Source of the DNA: Candidatus Binatia bacterium
GTDB taxonomy: Bacteria > Desulfobacterota > Binatia > Bin18
Assembly (NCBI GenBank): GCA_963664395.2
Contig: OY761159.2
Span: forward strand, 3,584,001 to 3,648,000
DNA: 64,000 nt
Reading direction: 5' to 3'
The position numbers and the translations under genes were made by a program. The notes under the pieces were generated by a model. That model saw only the letters and a list, made by a program, of their open reading frames with translations. It did no database searches and was not told the origin of the DNA. Positions 48,297-57,584 of this stretch are shown here, one piece after another (positions within the stretch are counted from its first letter, which is position 1; every line of letters starts with the position of its first letter).

Positions 48297-49445
48297 CTAC
48301 GATTTTTTGAGAAAAATATACAATTCGCCGCGCTGGGCCATAAGGCCGGCTTCCGGTTGCGGCCCACTCCCCCAATAGATATCCGCGCGTCCGGGGCCGG
48401 TAATGGCTGCGCCACGATCTTGCAAGGCCACAAAACGCGAAAAGGGTTGCCATGAGACCTGTCCGGTCCCATTCAGGCGGGGCTTGGTCGTGCGGATAAA
48501 GCCGACCGCACCCGGTGGATACCAGCCGGGATCGATCGCGATTGAGCGGCCCGGTGTCAGCGGGACGCCCAAGCTGCCCAGCGGCCCGGCAGAGACAACG
48601 CGAAAGAAAATATAGCGGCTATTCTGGAACAAGATCATATCTTGTTCGGTTGGATGTCGCTGCAAATAGCGACGGATGGCTTGGGCCGATGCCTCTCCGG
48701 GCTGGAGCTTGCCTTGACTGAGGAGCAGTTTACCGATGCTCTGGTACGGCCATCCGTTCGAGGCTGCATAGCCGACCCGAAACCAGGCGCCGTCCGGAAG
48801 ACGGATTTTCCCGGAGCCTTGGATGTGGAGAAAAAAACGCTCAACGGGGTCATCAAGCCAGACGATCTCTTTGTGCTGCTGTGCGAGAATATGGCGACCA
48901 TCAATCTGAGCCCGAGAGAAGTAGGGGACAAGTTTCCCATTCGCGACGCGGCCGTACACTTTCTCCTCAAAGGGCCGGGGCGCAAATTGGGAGGTATCAA
49001 CCTCTACTAAATCGGTTGGACGCCGATACAAGGGGTAACGATAGCGCTCGGTGCGGAGAAAGCTGCCCCGTAGTTCGGGTTCATGGTAGCCGGTGAAAAG
49101 AACTGGTTCTGTCGCACGATACAGGTCAAATTCCCGCCGTACCCCCATAGCCAGGTCCCCGGGCTGGTCGAGGAGGGCAAGAAACGCGTCGAGACTGTCG
49201 CGGAGCCGGGCGACACTGACACGTTTCTGTCCAAAGGAAAAGGCTTGGGAGCTCGGCTTATGCTCCAGGGCTGTCAGGCTGTGTTGGAGCACGGCCTTGA
49301 GGGATCTTCGGTCAAGATCGTCCACTAAAGGCGGGATCTGATTGGCGGGTAGAAGCGTCAGCGTGGGCTCAGCATGGCTGGATGTACCATGCAGCAGGAG
49401 AGTAAAAAACCACAGCAGGAAAAGAGGGCTCGCGGCCGTTCGCAT
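48297..49445 (-). CDS. mltA: Membrane-bound lytic murein transglycosylase A
   Basis: FTGYHEP, FFLHIQGSG, YAASNG.PY.SIG, N.RYIFF, SIAIDP, QDRGAAI.GPGRADIYWG. Confidence 0.93.
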   Translation of the reverse strand: MRTAASPLFLLWFFTLLLHGTSSHAEPTLTLLPANQIPPLVDDLDRRSLKAVLQHSLTALEHKPSSQAFSFGQKRVSVARLRDSLDAFLALLDQPGDLAMGVRREFDLYRATEPVLFTGYHEPELRGSFLRTERYRYPLYRRPTDLVEVDTSQFAPRPFEEKVYGRVANGKLVPYFSRAQIDGRHILAQQHKEIVWLDDPVERFFLHIQGSGKIRLPDGAWFRVGYAASNGWPYQSIGKLLLSQGKLQPGEASAQAIRRYLQRHPTEQDMILFQNSRYIFFRVVSAGPLGSLGVPLTPGRSIAIDPGWYPPGAVGFIRTTKPRLNGTGQVSWQPFSRFVALQDRGAAITGPGRADIYWGSGPQPEAGLMAQRGELYIFLKKS

Positions 49446-49547
49446 TGTTCCTCGCTCCTCTCCTCCTCTGTCATCTGGGAAGGAATGTGAAGGCGGTCAT
49501 GGTGAGGTCTCTCACCAGACCTCAGGGGTATTGAGTCGCGTTATGCG

Positions 49548-50729
49548 CTAACTCGTGGCGTATACTTCTTGCGCCGCGCTGACGCCAGCCCCGGTCGCGC
49601 AGGCATGGCCATTTCTCTGTAATACGGCCTCCAGTGCGCTTAAAACGAGCAGAACATTACCGCGCGTACTGGATTCGCCCATCAGGCCGATGCGCCAGAC
49701 TTTTCCTGCGAACACTCCCAAGCCGGCGCCAATCTCAATATTGTACTCAGCGAGGAGGTGCTTCCGAACGGTCGCGTCGTCAATGCCCTCAGGAATGGTG
49801 ACACTGTTGAGCATCCAGAGGCGATATCCTTCCTGGGCGGCAAGTTGCATCCCCAGCGCGTTGAGGCCGGCAGCGAGGGCCAAATGATTGCGCTCGTGGC
49901 GGCGAAAACGTGCTTCCAAACCTTCTTCGGAGATCAGCCGCAAGGCTTCCCGCAGGGCGTAGTTCATAGAGATAGGGGCGGTGTGATGGTACACCCGTTC
50001 CTCACCCCAATATTTCTCAAGCAGGGTCAGGTCCAGATACCAGCTCTGAACCTTCTGTTTTCGGTTACGCAACACCGCTTGGGCAGCCGGGCTGAAGGTG
50101 ACGGGCGAGAGGCCCGGCGGACAGCTCAGACACTTCTGAGTGCCGCTATAACACACATCAATCTGCCATTCGTCTATTTTCAGGGGACAGCCTCCGAGCG
50201 AAGTAACGGCATCGACCAGAAAGAGCGCACCCGTCTCATGGACAAGTGGCGCGATGTCTTCCAAAGGCTGCCAGGCTCCGGTTGATGTCTCGGCATTGAC
50301 GAGAGCGACCAGCTTCGGCCGAGTGCAGCGTTTGAGGGCCGTGCGGACATCGTCCGGGCGAAAGACGTGCCCCCAGGGAGCTTCCATCACAATGGGCGTT
50401 CCGCCACAGCGTTCCACTACATCGACCATGCGGGTACCGAACACGCCGTTGACGCCGATGACGACCTCATCTCCAGGCTCGACCATGTTCACAAAGCAGG
50501 TTTCCATGCCGGCGCTACCGGTGCCTGAAATCGGGAGAGTGAGGGCATTCGATGTTTGGAATACAAACCGGAGGAGTGCTTTTGTCTCTTCCATCAGCCG
50601 AATGAACTCCGGGTCAAGGTGACCAATGAGCGGGGTGGACAGGGCACGCAGTACCCGAGGATGGACGTTGCTCGGACCGGGGCCCAACAAGGTTCTGGGG
50701 GGCGGGGATAACTCACCACAGGTTTCCAT
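49548..50729 (-). CDS. Alanine-glyoxylate/serine-pyruvate aminotransferase (class V)
   Basis: LLGPGPSN, SGTGSAGME, ETSTG, VDAVTSLGG, SGTQKCL..PPG, YHHTAP, WRIGLMG. Confidence 0.94.
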   Translation of the reverse strand: METCGELSPPPRTLLGPGPSNVHPRVLRALSTPLIGHLDPEFIRLMEETKALLRFVFQTSNALTLPISGTGSAGMETCFVNMVEPGDEVVIGVNGVFGTRMVDVVERCGGTPIVMEAPWGHVFRPDDVRTALKRCTRPKLVALVNAETSTGAWQPLEDIAPLVHETGALFLVDAVTSLGGCPLKIDEWQIDVCYSGTQKCLSCPPGLSPVTFSPAAQAVLRNRKQKVQSWYLDLTLLEKYWGEERVYHHTAPISMNYALREALRLISEEGLEARFRRHERNHLALAAGLNALGMQLAAQEGYRLWMLNSVTIPEGIDDATVRKHLLAEYNIEIGAGLGVFAGKVWRIGLMGESSTRGNVLLVLSALEAVLQRNGHACATGAGVSAAQEVYATS

Positions 50730-50960
50730 ACACTTCCTCTCTTGTCTGTTTCACGAGTGACGAAAAAATCGCGGCCACGTTACCATGCTCAGCCAGGTGA
50801 GAAAAGTCTGGGAGACGCGGGTCGCCGCACTCCACCACTGTGCAACAAACCGCTGGAAAACATTCTCCCTGAGGCAGACAGCCCGAAAATTTTTTGTTAC
50901 AACCCTGAGACACACCACTCTGTTGACGGTGCCGGCATGGGGAGGGGAGAGGGGGACGGA

Positions 50961-51848
50961 ATGACCGTGACGATTCGCCAGATGCAAGCAGGGGATATCC
51001 CTCGCGTTGGGGCAATCATGGTTACCGCCTTTAACGCCGTCTTTCGCCGCCACGGCTACCCCGAGCCGTTTCCGTCGCCAGATGTCGGGATATCCATCGC
51101 GCAGGGATATGCGCGGCTTGAGCCAAAGGAATGTTTCACCGCGCTCCACGATGGACAGATTGTTGGGTCCGGGTTCATCCATATCCGAGGCGCTACGGCC
51201 GGTATTGGCCCTATTACTGTTGATCCGCTCGCGCAAGCCAAAGGGGCCGGGCGAGCACTTATGCATGCCGTGATTGAGGCGGGCGGCGCGTGTCCTTCGC
51301 TCCGGCTGGTACAAGATGCCTTCAACGTTGTGTCCTTTCCATTGTATAGCACGCTCGGTTTTGAGGCGCGTGAAACGATCGTTTCATTAGTTGGGGGTGA
51401 CATGCAGGCGGACGTTCCGGGTGAGGTCGAAATCCGGGAGTGGCTGGCGGAGGATATCGAACCACTGGCTGAACTTGACGCGCACTTGACTGGTATCGCA
51501 CGTGAACAGGATATGCGATTTTTCCACGCCCAGCCGCCGCATATTGCTGCCCTCGTTAACGGGAAGCTGGTGGGCTATCTGTGTTTCCTCCGAACAGGGG
51601 CTGGTACGTTTTTCGGCCCTGCTGCGGCAACCCAACCGTCGGTCTTACGCGCGTTGATTCTGTCTGCGGCCGAGCGTGAGCGGGGGAAGGCCCTGCGTAT
51701 GCGTTTTCCCACACGCCATGCCGCATTATTACGAGAATTACTTGCCGGAGGATTTCAGGTTGAAACCCTCCAGACATATATGGTTCGTGGGACGTGGCAG
51801 GCCCCACCCGGGGTGGAGCTGTTGGCCCTCTTTCCGGAGGCGTTGTAA
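50961..51848 (+). CDS. GNAT family N-acetyltransferase (tandem GNAT)
   Basis: IGPITVDP.AQAKGAGRALM, LY..LGF; second GNAT-like domain. Confidence 0.85.
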   Translation: MTVTIRQMQAGDIPRVGAIMVTAFNAVFRRHGYPEPFPSPDVGISIAQGYARLEPKECFTALHDGQIVGSGFIHIRGATAGIGPITVDPLAQAKGAGRALMHAVIEAGGACPSLRLVQDAFNVVSFPLYSTLGFEARETIVSLVGGDMQADVPGEVEIREWLAEDIEPLAELDAHLTGIAREQDMRFFHAQPPHIAALVNGKLVGYLCFLRTGAGTFFGPAAATQPSVLRALILSAAERERGKALRMRFPTRHAALLRELLAGGFQVETLQTYMVRGTWQAPPGVELLALFPEAL

Positions 51849-51920
51849 TGAGTACACGTACCAACATCGGTATGTCTGTTGAGGGCACGTGTACTCATGA
51901 GGGACAAAAAAGAAGCGTAT

Positions 51921-52973
51921 ATGCCGACACTCAATGGAACTGAGCTTGGGCTTTTGCCCACAATGGGCGTTGGCTCATACGCCTCGCCCTCGTGGTTGAT
52001 TGCGACCAGAAGAGCCCTCCGAGCCGGAACTGCCGGACCGGCAGATGTAGAAGAAGCTCTTCAAGACGCGGTGAGAATGGCCGTGTGGGACCAGGAAGAA
52101 GCCGGCCTGGACATCTTAACTGATGGGGAGATCCGTCGTCAGCGCTTTCTGTGGAACGTTGTCGAAAAGCTCTCCGGACTCAATATGGTGCGGGCGCAAC
52201 GCAAGCTCGGGATCATGAGCTATGATAGTGCACCGCGTTTCGAGACAACCGAACGGGTCGGCGCACCTGACGGGTTCGGGTTGGTTGACGAATTTACCTT
52301 TGTCCGGGCACAGACCGATAAACCGCTCAAAGTCTGCTGCCCCGGCCCGCTCACGCTCGCCCTGCCCATCAGGCTCAACGCTGGCTATCCGCCGGACGAC
52401 TACATGCCCCTCTTGTACGACTTGGCGGAACTGGTGAATAGGGAACTCCGAGGGGTTGTTGCGGCTGGCGCCACCTTTATTCAGCTTGACGAACCATCAG
52501 CCGTGGGTCGGGAGCCGGCAGTGTCCATCGAAGAAACAGTGAAGCTGTTCAATAAGACGCTGGAGGGGGTGGAGGCCAAAATCGCCCTCCACGTCTGCTT
52601 CGGTAATAACCAGGGCCGGCCGGCTATGAAACGGACGTATAAACCGTTGTTCCCCGGAATCCTTGACGTCAAGGTCGATCAATTTGTCTTGGAATTTGCC
52701 AATCGAGAAATGGCAGAGCTTGGGCTCTGGAGTCAATACGGTGATGAGCGTGAGTTCGCGGCTGGGGTGATTGATGTGAAGTCCATGTACCTGGAGACGG
52801 CGGAAGATGTAGCCGAGCGCATTCGTTTGACCCTTGAACATGTGCATCCGGAAAAGCTCTATCTGACCTGTGATTGCGGTTTTTCTGCGTCGTCCCGGAA
52901 TTTAGCCCGAGCCAAGCTGGGATCTCTGGTAGCAGGAGCCCAGCTTGTTCGACGAGAGGTCAGTGGAGCGTAA
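51921..52973 (+). CDS. Cobalamin-independent methionine synthase II family (core, catalytic domain only)
   Basis: VGSY..P, QEEAGLDILTDGE.RR, PGPLT, IQLDEP, HVCFGN, LEFA, GVIDVK, DCGF. Confidence 0.9.
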   Translation: MPTLNGTELGLLPTMGVGSYASPSWLIATRRALRAGTAGPADVEEALQDAVRMAVWDQEEAGLDILTDGEIRRQRFLWNVVEKLSGLNMVRAQRKLGIMSYDSAPRFETTERVGAPDGFGLVDEFTFVRAQTDKPLKVCCPGPLTLALPIRLNAGYPPDDYMPLLYDLAELVNRELRGVVAAGATFIQLDEPSAVGREPAVSIEETVKLFNKTLEGVEAKIALHVCFGNNQGRPAMKRTYKPLFPGILDVKVDQFVLEFANREMAELGLWSQYGDEREFAAGVIDVKSMYLETAEDVAERIRLTLEHVHPEKLYLTCDCGFSASSRNLARAKLGSLVAGAQLVRREVSGA

Positions 52974-53436
52974 ATCATCCAAACGGTTTGTCCCGTCCAT
53001 CCCTGCTCCCCCTGGCTGGGATGAGGAATGGCACGGCCAAAATCCTATAGACGCCCTGCACGAAGAGCCGCCTCTTCCCATGCCCACCCAGCAGGTGACC
53101 ATGGGAACGTGCGAGATCTGGTGCATCAGTCCCGAGGGCTATGAATGCCGTCTGGAGATGCCGGTTGATGGCGCCGGCGGTATGGCCGCCGTGTTAACCG
53201 AGCTCGAAGCGATGGGTTTTACCCCGCGCCAGCCAAAAATAAAGCCCGCTCCCCAGCCCCAACCGCAGCAGCATATTCCCCCACTCCCCCAAACAGAGCC
53301 CGGTCCGCCGTGGTGTGACGATCATGGCTGTTCGTTCAAGCTCTTTCGTAAAAACGACCGGAGCTGGTGGGCCCATTATGACGAAGCCGGCGGCCGCTGG
53401 TGCAACTCCCCGATTCCCGTGCGGGGAAGAGAGTAG
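52963..53436 (+). CDS. Hypothetical protein with Pro-rich linker and C-terminal CxxH...H...C motif
   Basis: GTG 52963 with GAGG SD overlaps the upstream stop; WCDDH...WWAH...WC. Confidence 0.6.
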   Translation: MERKSSKRFVPSIPAPPGWDEEWHGQNPIDALHEEPPLPMPTQQVTMGTCEIWCISPEGYECRLEMPVDGAGGMAAVLTELEAMGFTPRQPKIKPAPQPQPQQHIPPLPQTEPGPPWCDDHGCSFKLFRKNDRSWWAHYDEAGGRWCNSPIPVRGRE

Positions 53437-53440
53437 ACCT

Positions 53441-54130
53441 TTACTCGTCTGATTGCTGAACGGGCCGCAGGTTCGACAGCGCAGATTCCACTCTATCCAA
53501 ACGCTGCAGAATTTCCTGTTGCGGATCGGCACCCAGATACCCCTGCTCGACTAGTTGGATGAAATTTCTCGCAACTTCATCGGCAGAAAGGGGCCCGTCG
53601 GGCTGGTACCACTGATACAGCCAGTTGCACATGCCGAGAATGGCAAACGAGACAAGCTTGGCTGGGAGAGGCGCAAGGCGTCCGGCTTCGATACCTTTGG
53701 AAATAACGCCCTCAATGAGCCCATCGTATATCCGTCGTTCGGCTCGTGCCCGTTCGGCAATCTCCTCTGGCAAGCTACTTTCTTCGCTAAAAAAAACCGT
53801 AAGAAAATTTCGGTGGTCGGCCATGAGACGGACCTGATGCCGGATAATCTGACGGAGCTTTTCTTCGGGAGCTATGGGCTGGGAACAAATTTGCCGCAGA
53901 TCGCGCTGAAAAATAGCAATGGAACGCTCAAACACACGAATGAGTAGTTCTTCTTTACTTGGACAATAGCGATACAGGGTGACGCGGGAGATGCCCAAGC
54001 GCTCGGCGATTGTTTCGAGCGTCGTTGCACGGTAGCCCTGTTCGCCGAAACACTTTGCCGCAGCTTGTAAAATTGCTTCTTCGCGCAGGGCCTGCTTACT
54101 CCCCCGTGCGCGTCCGTTCTTTGTGGCCAT
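53441..54130 (-). CDS. TetR/AcrR family transcriptional regulator
   Basis: AILQAA..F.EQGY.ATT..IA..LGIS..TLY.Y..SKEELL; ILGMCNW..QWY.PDG (KstR2-like C-domain). Confidence 0.93.
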   Translation of the reverse strand: MATKNGRARGSKQALREEAILQAAAKCFGEQGYRATTLETIAERLGISRVTLYRYCPSKEELLIRVFERSIAIFQRDLRQICSQPIAPEEKLRQIIRHQVRLMADHRNFLTVFFSEESSLPEEIAERARAERRIYDGLIEGVISKGIEAGRLAPLPAKLVSFAILGMCNWLYQWYQPDGPLSADEVARNFIQLVEQGYLGADPQQEILQRLDRVESALSNLRPVQQSDE

Positions 54131-54256
54131 GCCCTGCGCTTACTGGATTCCCTACGCTCGTGCAAGCCGTCTTCCGGTCTCCCTCTCTCTTGCGCCGCCT
54201 GGCAAGGCCGGGGTAAGGAAGAAGAAGCATGAGAGAAGACCGATAAGGAGGAGCCC

Positions 54257-54775
54257 ATGGTACACGTCTCAAAAGAAGCGATGCTGGAGCGGGTTGCACG
54301 CTTCAAAGAACTCAAGTCCAGCGCACAGGCCTTTGTTGATAGTAAGATCCCAGGCCATGAACGGGATATCTATAATGTGATTGGCCGCGGCGTCACCGAG
54401 GATACGAATCTCAACCCTGCGATTACCGTGGTGCAGGACTTTAACGTCACCTATGTTGGCGCGAGCCCAGGGAAAGGCGCAGCCTTGCACAGTCACAGTA
54501 CGATTGAAGTGTTTATCCCGCTGTCAGGGCAATGGTCTATCTACTGGGGGAATGAGGGAGAAGACGAAGTGATCCTGGACGCCTGGGATACGGTATCAGT
54601 CCCACCAGGGGTGATGCGCGGATTTAAGAATGTCGGCAGTGAAGACGCGCATTTGATGGCCATTCTGGGCGGAACCGATGCCGGTCACGTTGCCTGGGCT
54701 CCGCAAGTGCTCGAACAGGCCAAGCAGACGGATCTCAAGCTCAACGGGCAGGGGAATTTGCTATCGAACGAATAG
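54257..54775 (+). CDS. Cupin domain protein
   Basis: PGKGAALHSH...EVFIPLSG.W, DTVSVPPGVMRGF.N; AAGGAGG SD; divergent from TetR. Confidence 0.87.
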   Translation: MVHVSKEAMLERVARFKELKSSAQAFVDSKIPGHERDIYNVIGRGVTEDTNLNPAITVVQDFNVTYVGASPGKGAALHSHSTIEVFIPLSGQWSIYWGNEGEDEVILDAWDTVSVPPGVMRGFKNVGSEDAHLMAILGGTDAGHVAWAPQVLEQAKQTDLKLNGQGNLLSNE

Positions 54776-54802
54776 GGGAGCAGTGTAGCCGTCTTGCCTG
54801 CG

Positions 54803-55564
54803 CTACTGCTTCTCGAAATATGCCTGCGCTGCGGCAAAGCTGAGACGCTGATGATACGCCAACTCATCCTCAGGATAGCGATGCTCACGGCCGTAGACGC
54901 AGTTGTAACGGGCGTGACAACGATCAACGCAATCGGTGCGAGTTTCCAGACGATGCTGCACACAAGAAGGCAGGTCCCAGCCTTCTTCGGCGCTGATGGC
55001 CTGGGCCGGGCAGGTGGCCATACAAGGACGCTCAACGCAGCTTGAACACGGCTCAAAGTCTTGGGCAGGACCTGAGAGAGCTGGCAGAGCCTCCAGATTT
55101 TGGTCAATCAAAATGGCGGCTCGCAAGGCCAGCCACGGACCATACGTAGGATGAATCTGTACGCCGAGTATACTTGGTCTTGCCAGACCCGCCGCTTGAG
55201 CTAAGTGCATGAACGATACGGTCAGGCCGCTGAAAAACTGAAACGGGTAGATAAAGCGATAGGGAATGCGAGCCTCGTCTAAAAGCGGGGCAAGATTGGC
55301 TCCAATAACTTCGACCGTGTAGTCGTCCAGAGGATGTTCATGCTGCTGGAGATAGCCTGGCCGCGCCGCGACATATCGCCGAAAGCCCTTCCAGAATGCT
55401 CCACCGCCATTTCCGATAACGACGACGGTCTCGGCCTTGGGAAATCGCTGCTTGATATGATACTGCGACGGAACCAGGGCTTCGTAGTCAGACATGGCTG
55501 TCGTACCGATGAGGTTGAGTCCCACGGGGGCCAGTGCTGTGGTGATGTCTCGGAACAGAGCCAT
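54803..55564 (-). CDS. CblC/MMACHC-like or QueG-related protein with C-terminal Fe-S cysteines
   Basis: VIGN.G..FW, HPLDDY, LAQAAGLA, IHPTYGPW.ALRAA; CxxCxxxPCxxxCP plus two further Cys and C.AR..C. Confidence 0.65.
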   Translation of the reverse strand: MALFRDITTALAPVGLNLIGTTAMSDYEALVPSQYHIKQRFPKAETVVVIGNGGGAFWKGFRRYVAARPGYLQQHEHPLDDYTVEVIGANLAPLLDEARIPYRFIYPFQFFSGLTVSFMHLAQAAGLARPSILGVQIHPTYGPWLALRAAILIDQNLEALPALSGPAQDFEPCSSCVERPCMATCPAQAISAEEGWDLPSCVQHRLETRTDCVDRCHARYNCVYGREHRYPEDELAYHQRLSFAAAQAYFEKQ

Positions 55565-55578
55565 ACGTGTCCGGGTTC

Positions 55579-56310
55579 TTAGTATTTCACCATAACCAGG
55601 AACAAGCCTTGCGGCGGCGCATTCAGTCCGGCTCGAGAGCGGTCGTGCGCCGCAAAGACGGCGGCAAATTCGTCTTCGCTCAAAGCCCCCCGGCCAACGT
55701 CTACCAACGTGCCAACAATATTCCTGACCATATGGCGCAGAAATGACCGGGCTTCGACAGTATACACGAGAAAATCCTGCTCGCGACAGACCGCGCTTCG
55801 AATCATTGTGCGCCACGGCGTTCGTTCTACGGAATCCGCTCCTTGAAAAGACGAAAAATCATGATGCCCTATGAGCAAAGTCGCGGCTGCATTCATTGCT
55901 CCCCGATCCAAGGAATAGGGGATATGCCACGAGTAGCGGGCATGTATGGCCGATGGATAGGGCTGGTTCCACATGCGGTACTGATACGTCCTGCTGTGCG
56001 CGTCGTAGCGAGGCTGGAACGTATCCGGCACCTCGCTGATCTCATGGACAGCAATATCTGAGGGCAGAACCGCGTTCAGGCTGTGCCGGAATCGCGGCAG
56101 GTTGAGAGGACGGACGGACTGAAAGGTTGCGACTTGGCCCAGCGCATGGACTCCGGCATCCGTTCGTCCAGCCACCTGTACCCGAATGGGTGTATTCAGA
56201 ATCCGGGATAATCCGGCTTCGAGCGTCCCCTGAACGGTGGCCCCTTTGGGCTGAATCTGCCAGCCGTGATAGTTGGTCCCATCGTATTCGAGCCGCAATT
56301 TGTAATGCAC
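55579..56310 (-). CDS. truA: tRNA pseudouridine(38-40) synthase TruA
   Basis: EYDGTNYHGWQ.Q, AGRTDAGVHA.GQV, G.HDFSSF, FLRHMVR, APPQGLFL. Confidence 0.97.
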   Translation of the reverse strand: MHYKLRLEYDGTNYHGWQIQPKGATVQGTLEAGLSRILNTPIRVQVAGRTDAGVHALGQVATFQSVRPLNLPRFRHSLNAVLPSDIAVHEISEVPDTFQPRYDAHSRTYQYRMWNQPYPSAIHARYSWHIPYSLDRGAMNAAATLLIGHHDFSSFQGADSVERTPWRTMIRSAVCREQDFLVYTVEARSFLRHMVRNIVGTLVDVGRGALSEDEFAAVFAAHDRSRAGLNAPPQGLFLVMVKY

Positions 56311-56360
56311 GGGGTATGGTGTATGGAAAGCCGTCTGCGCTTGGCCGATCCGGGTATAAG

Positions 56361-56387
56361 AAAAAGGCCCGCAATAGCTGCGGGCCT
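56361..56387 (-). terminator. Intrinsic terminator after the amidohydrolase gene
   Basis: On the minus strand AGGCCCGCA-N5-TGCGGGCC followed by TTTTT. Confidence 0.75.
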
Positions 56388-56417
56388 ATGGGTCTCAGGC
56401 TGTCGGTCTGCCAGAAG

Positions 56418-57584
56418 CTACTGTCCCAGCTTATAAACCTCAGCCACGTTTGCCCCGATGACCTGCTGCCGGGCCGTTTCGGAGAGTGGCGTGACCAGCC
56501 GTTTCAGGGCCGGCATGTATTGATCGCTGTGGTCCGGATGCGGGAAGTCCGATGCCCAGAAGAATTTGTCGGCTCCGACGAATTCAATGATGTGCTGCAA
56601 GGCTTTTTCGTCCGGGTCGGCCGAGATCCAGCACTGGCGCTGAAAATAAAAGCTGGGCTGCTCCTTGAGCTGGGTCGAATGGGCTAGCGGACCCTCAAAC
56701 ACCGCGTCCATCCGGTCGAGCAAATAGCCAATCCAGCCGGCCTGGGATTCGAGCACGACGGCCTTCACCGTGGGGAAGCGCTCGAACACGCCGTGATGAA
56801 AGAGTGATACAAACGCCTGCTGCATGTTTTGGGCGACCAGCACATCAAAATACCAGTTGAAGTCGATCGGTTCCGTTGGCACGAGTTCTTCAAAGCGGCC
56901 GTGGGGCATGAATTGGATGGGCTCGAAGGTCGGATGCAGGGCAATTGGCACATCCAACTCCTGCGCCTTTGCCCAGACCGGATCATAGTCCGGATGCCCA
57001 TGCGATTTCCTCGTCCAGGTAAACGGCGCGAAAAAAGCTCCTTTGCAGCCCGCCTTGACTGCCCGCTCCAGTTCTTTCGCCGCTTCGTTGGCATCGGTAC
57101 CGGACAGATGGGCGATGGGGATGAGGCGTCCACCTGATTCAGAGCAAAAGTCCACAATCCAACGGTTATAGGCCCGGCAATAGGCGGCTGAGATTTCCGG
57201 GTCCTGGACCTCAGACTCCCACAATAGCCCGATGGTGGGGTAGAGAATCGCCTTGGCCAGCCCTTCGCCATCGATTCGCTCTACGCGTTCCTTGGCGTTC
57301 ATCGAGCCCAACGGCGCGCCATCAATATAGCGGCGGTCCGGACCTGGCACGATATCCGGCTGGCCCATGGCGCCCAGAATGCCGGGGAAACCGCGCTCGC
57401 ACAGTCGGGACGGTTTGCCATCAAACTCAAAATACTCCCAGCCTTCGTCGTCCGTTTTAATCCGAATGGCCCGCTCGCGGTATTGGGGCTCGAGATACTG
57501 CTCCCACAAGTCGGGCGGCTCCAGAATATGGCCATCACAATCGATGGAGCCCTCAAGACTGACTTCAGTGTGAGCGGCTGACAT
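56418..57584 (-). CDS. Amidohydrolase family 2 protein
   Basis: IDCDGHILEP, RAYNRW, IALHP, ESQAGW, WASDFPHPD. Confidence 0.92.
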   Translation of the reverse strand: MSAAHTEVSLEGSIDCDGHILEPPDLWEQYLEPQYRERAIRIKTDDEGWEYFEFDGKPSRLCERGFPGILGAMGQPDIVPGPDRRYIDGAPLGSMNAKERVERIDGEGLAKAILYPTIGLLWESEVQDPEISAAYCRAYNRWIVDFCSESGGRLIPIAHLSGTDANEAAKELERAVKAGCKGAFFAPFTWTRKSHGHPDYDPVWAKAQELDVPIALHPTFEPIQFMPHGRFEELVPTEPIDFNWYFDVLVAQNMQQAFVSLFHHGVFERFPTVKAVVLESQAGWIGYLLDRMDAVFEGPLAHSTQLKEQPSFYFQRQCWISADPDEKALQHIIEFVGADKFFWASDFPHPDHSDQYMPALKRLVTPLSETARQQVIGANVAEVYKLGQ

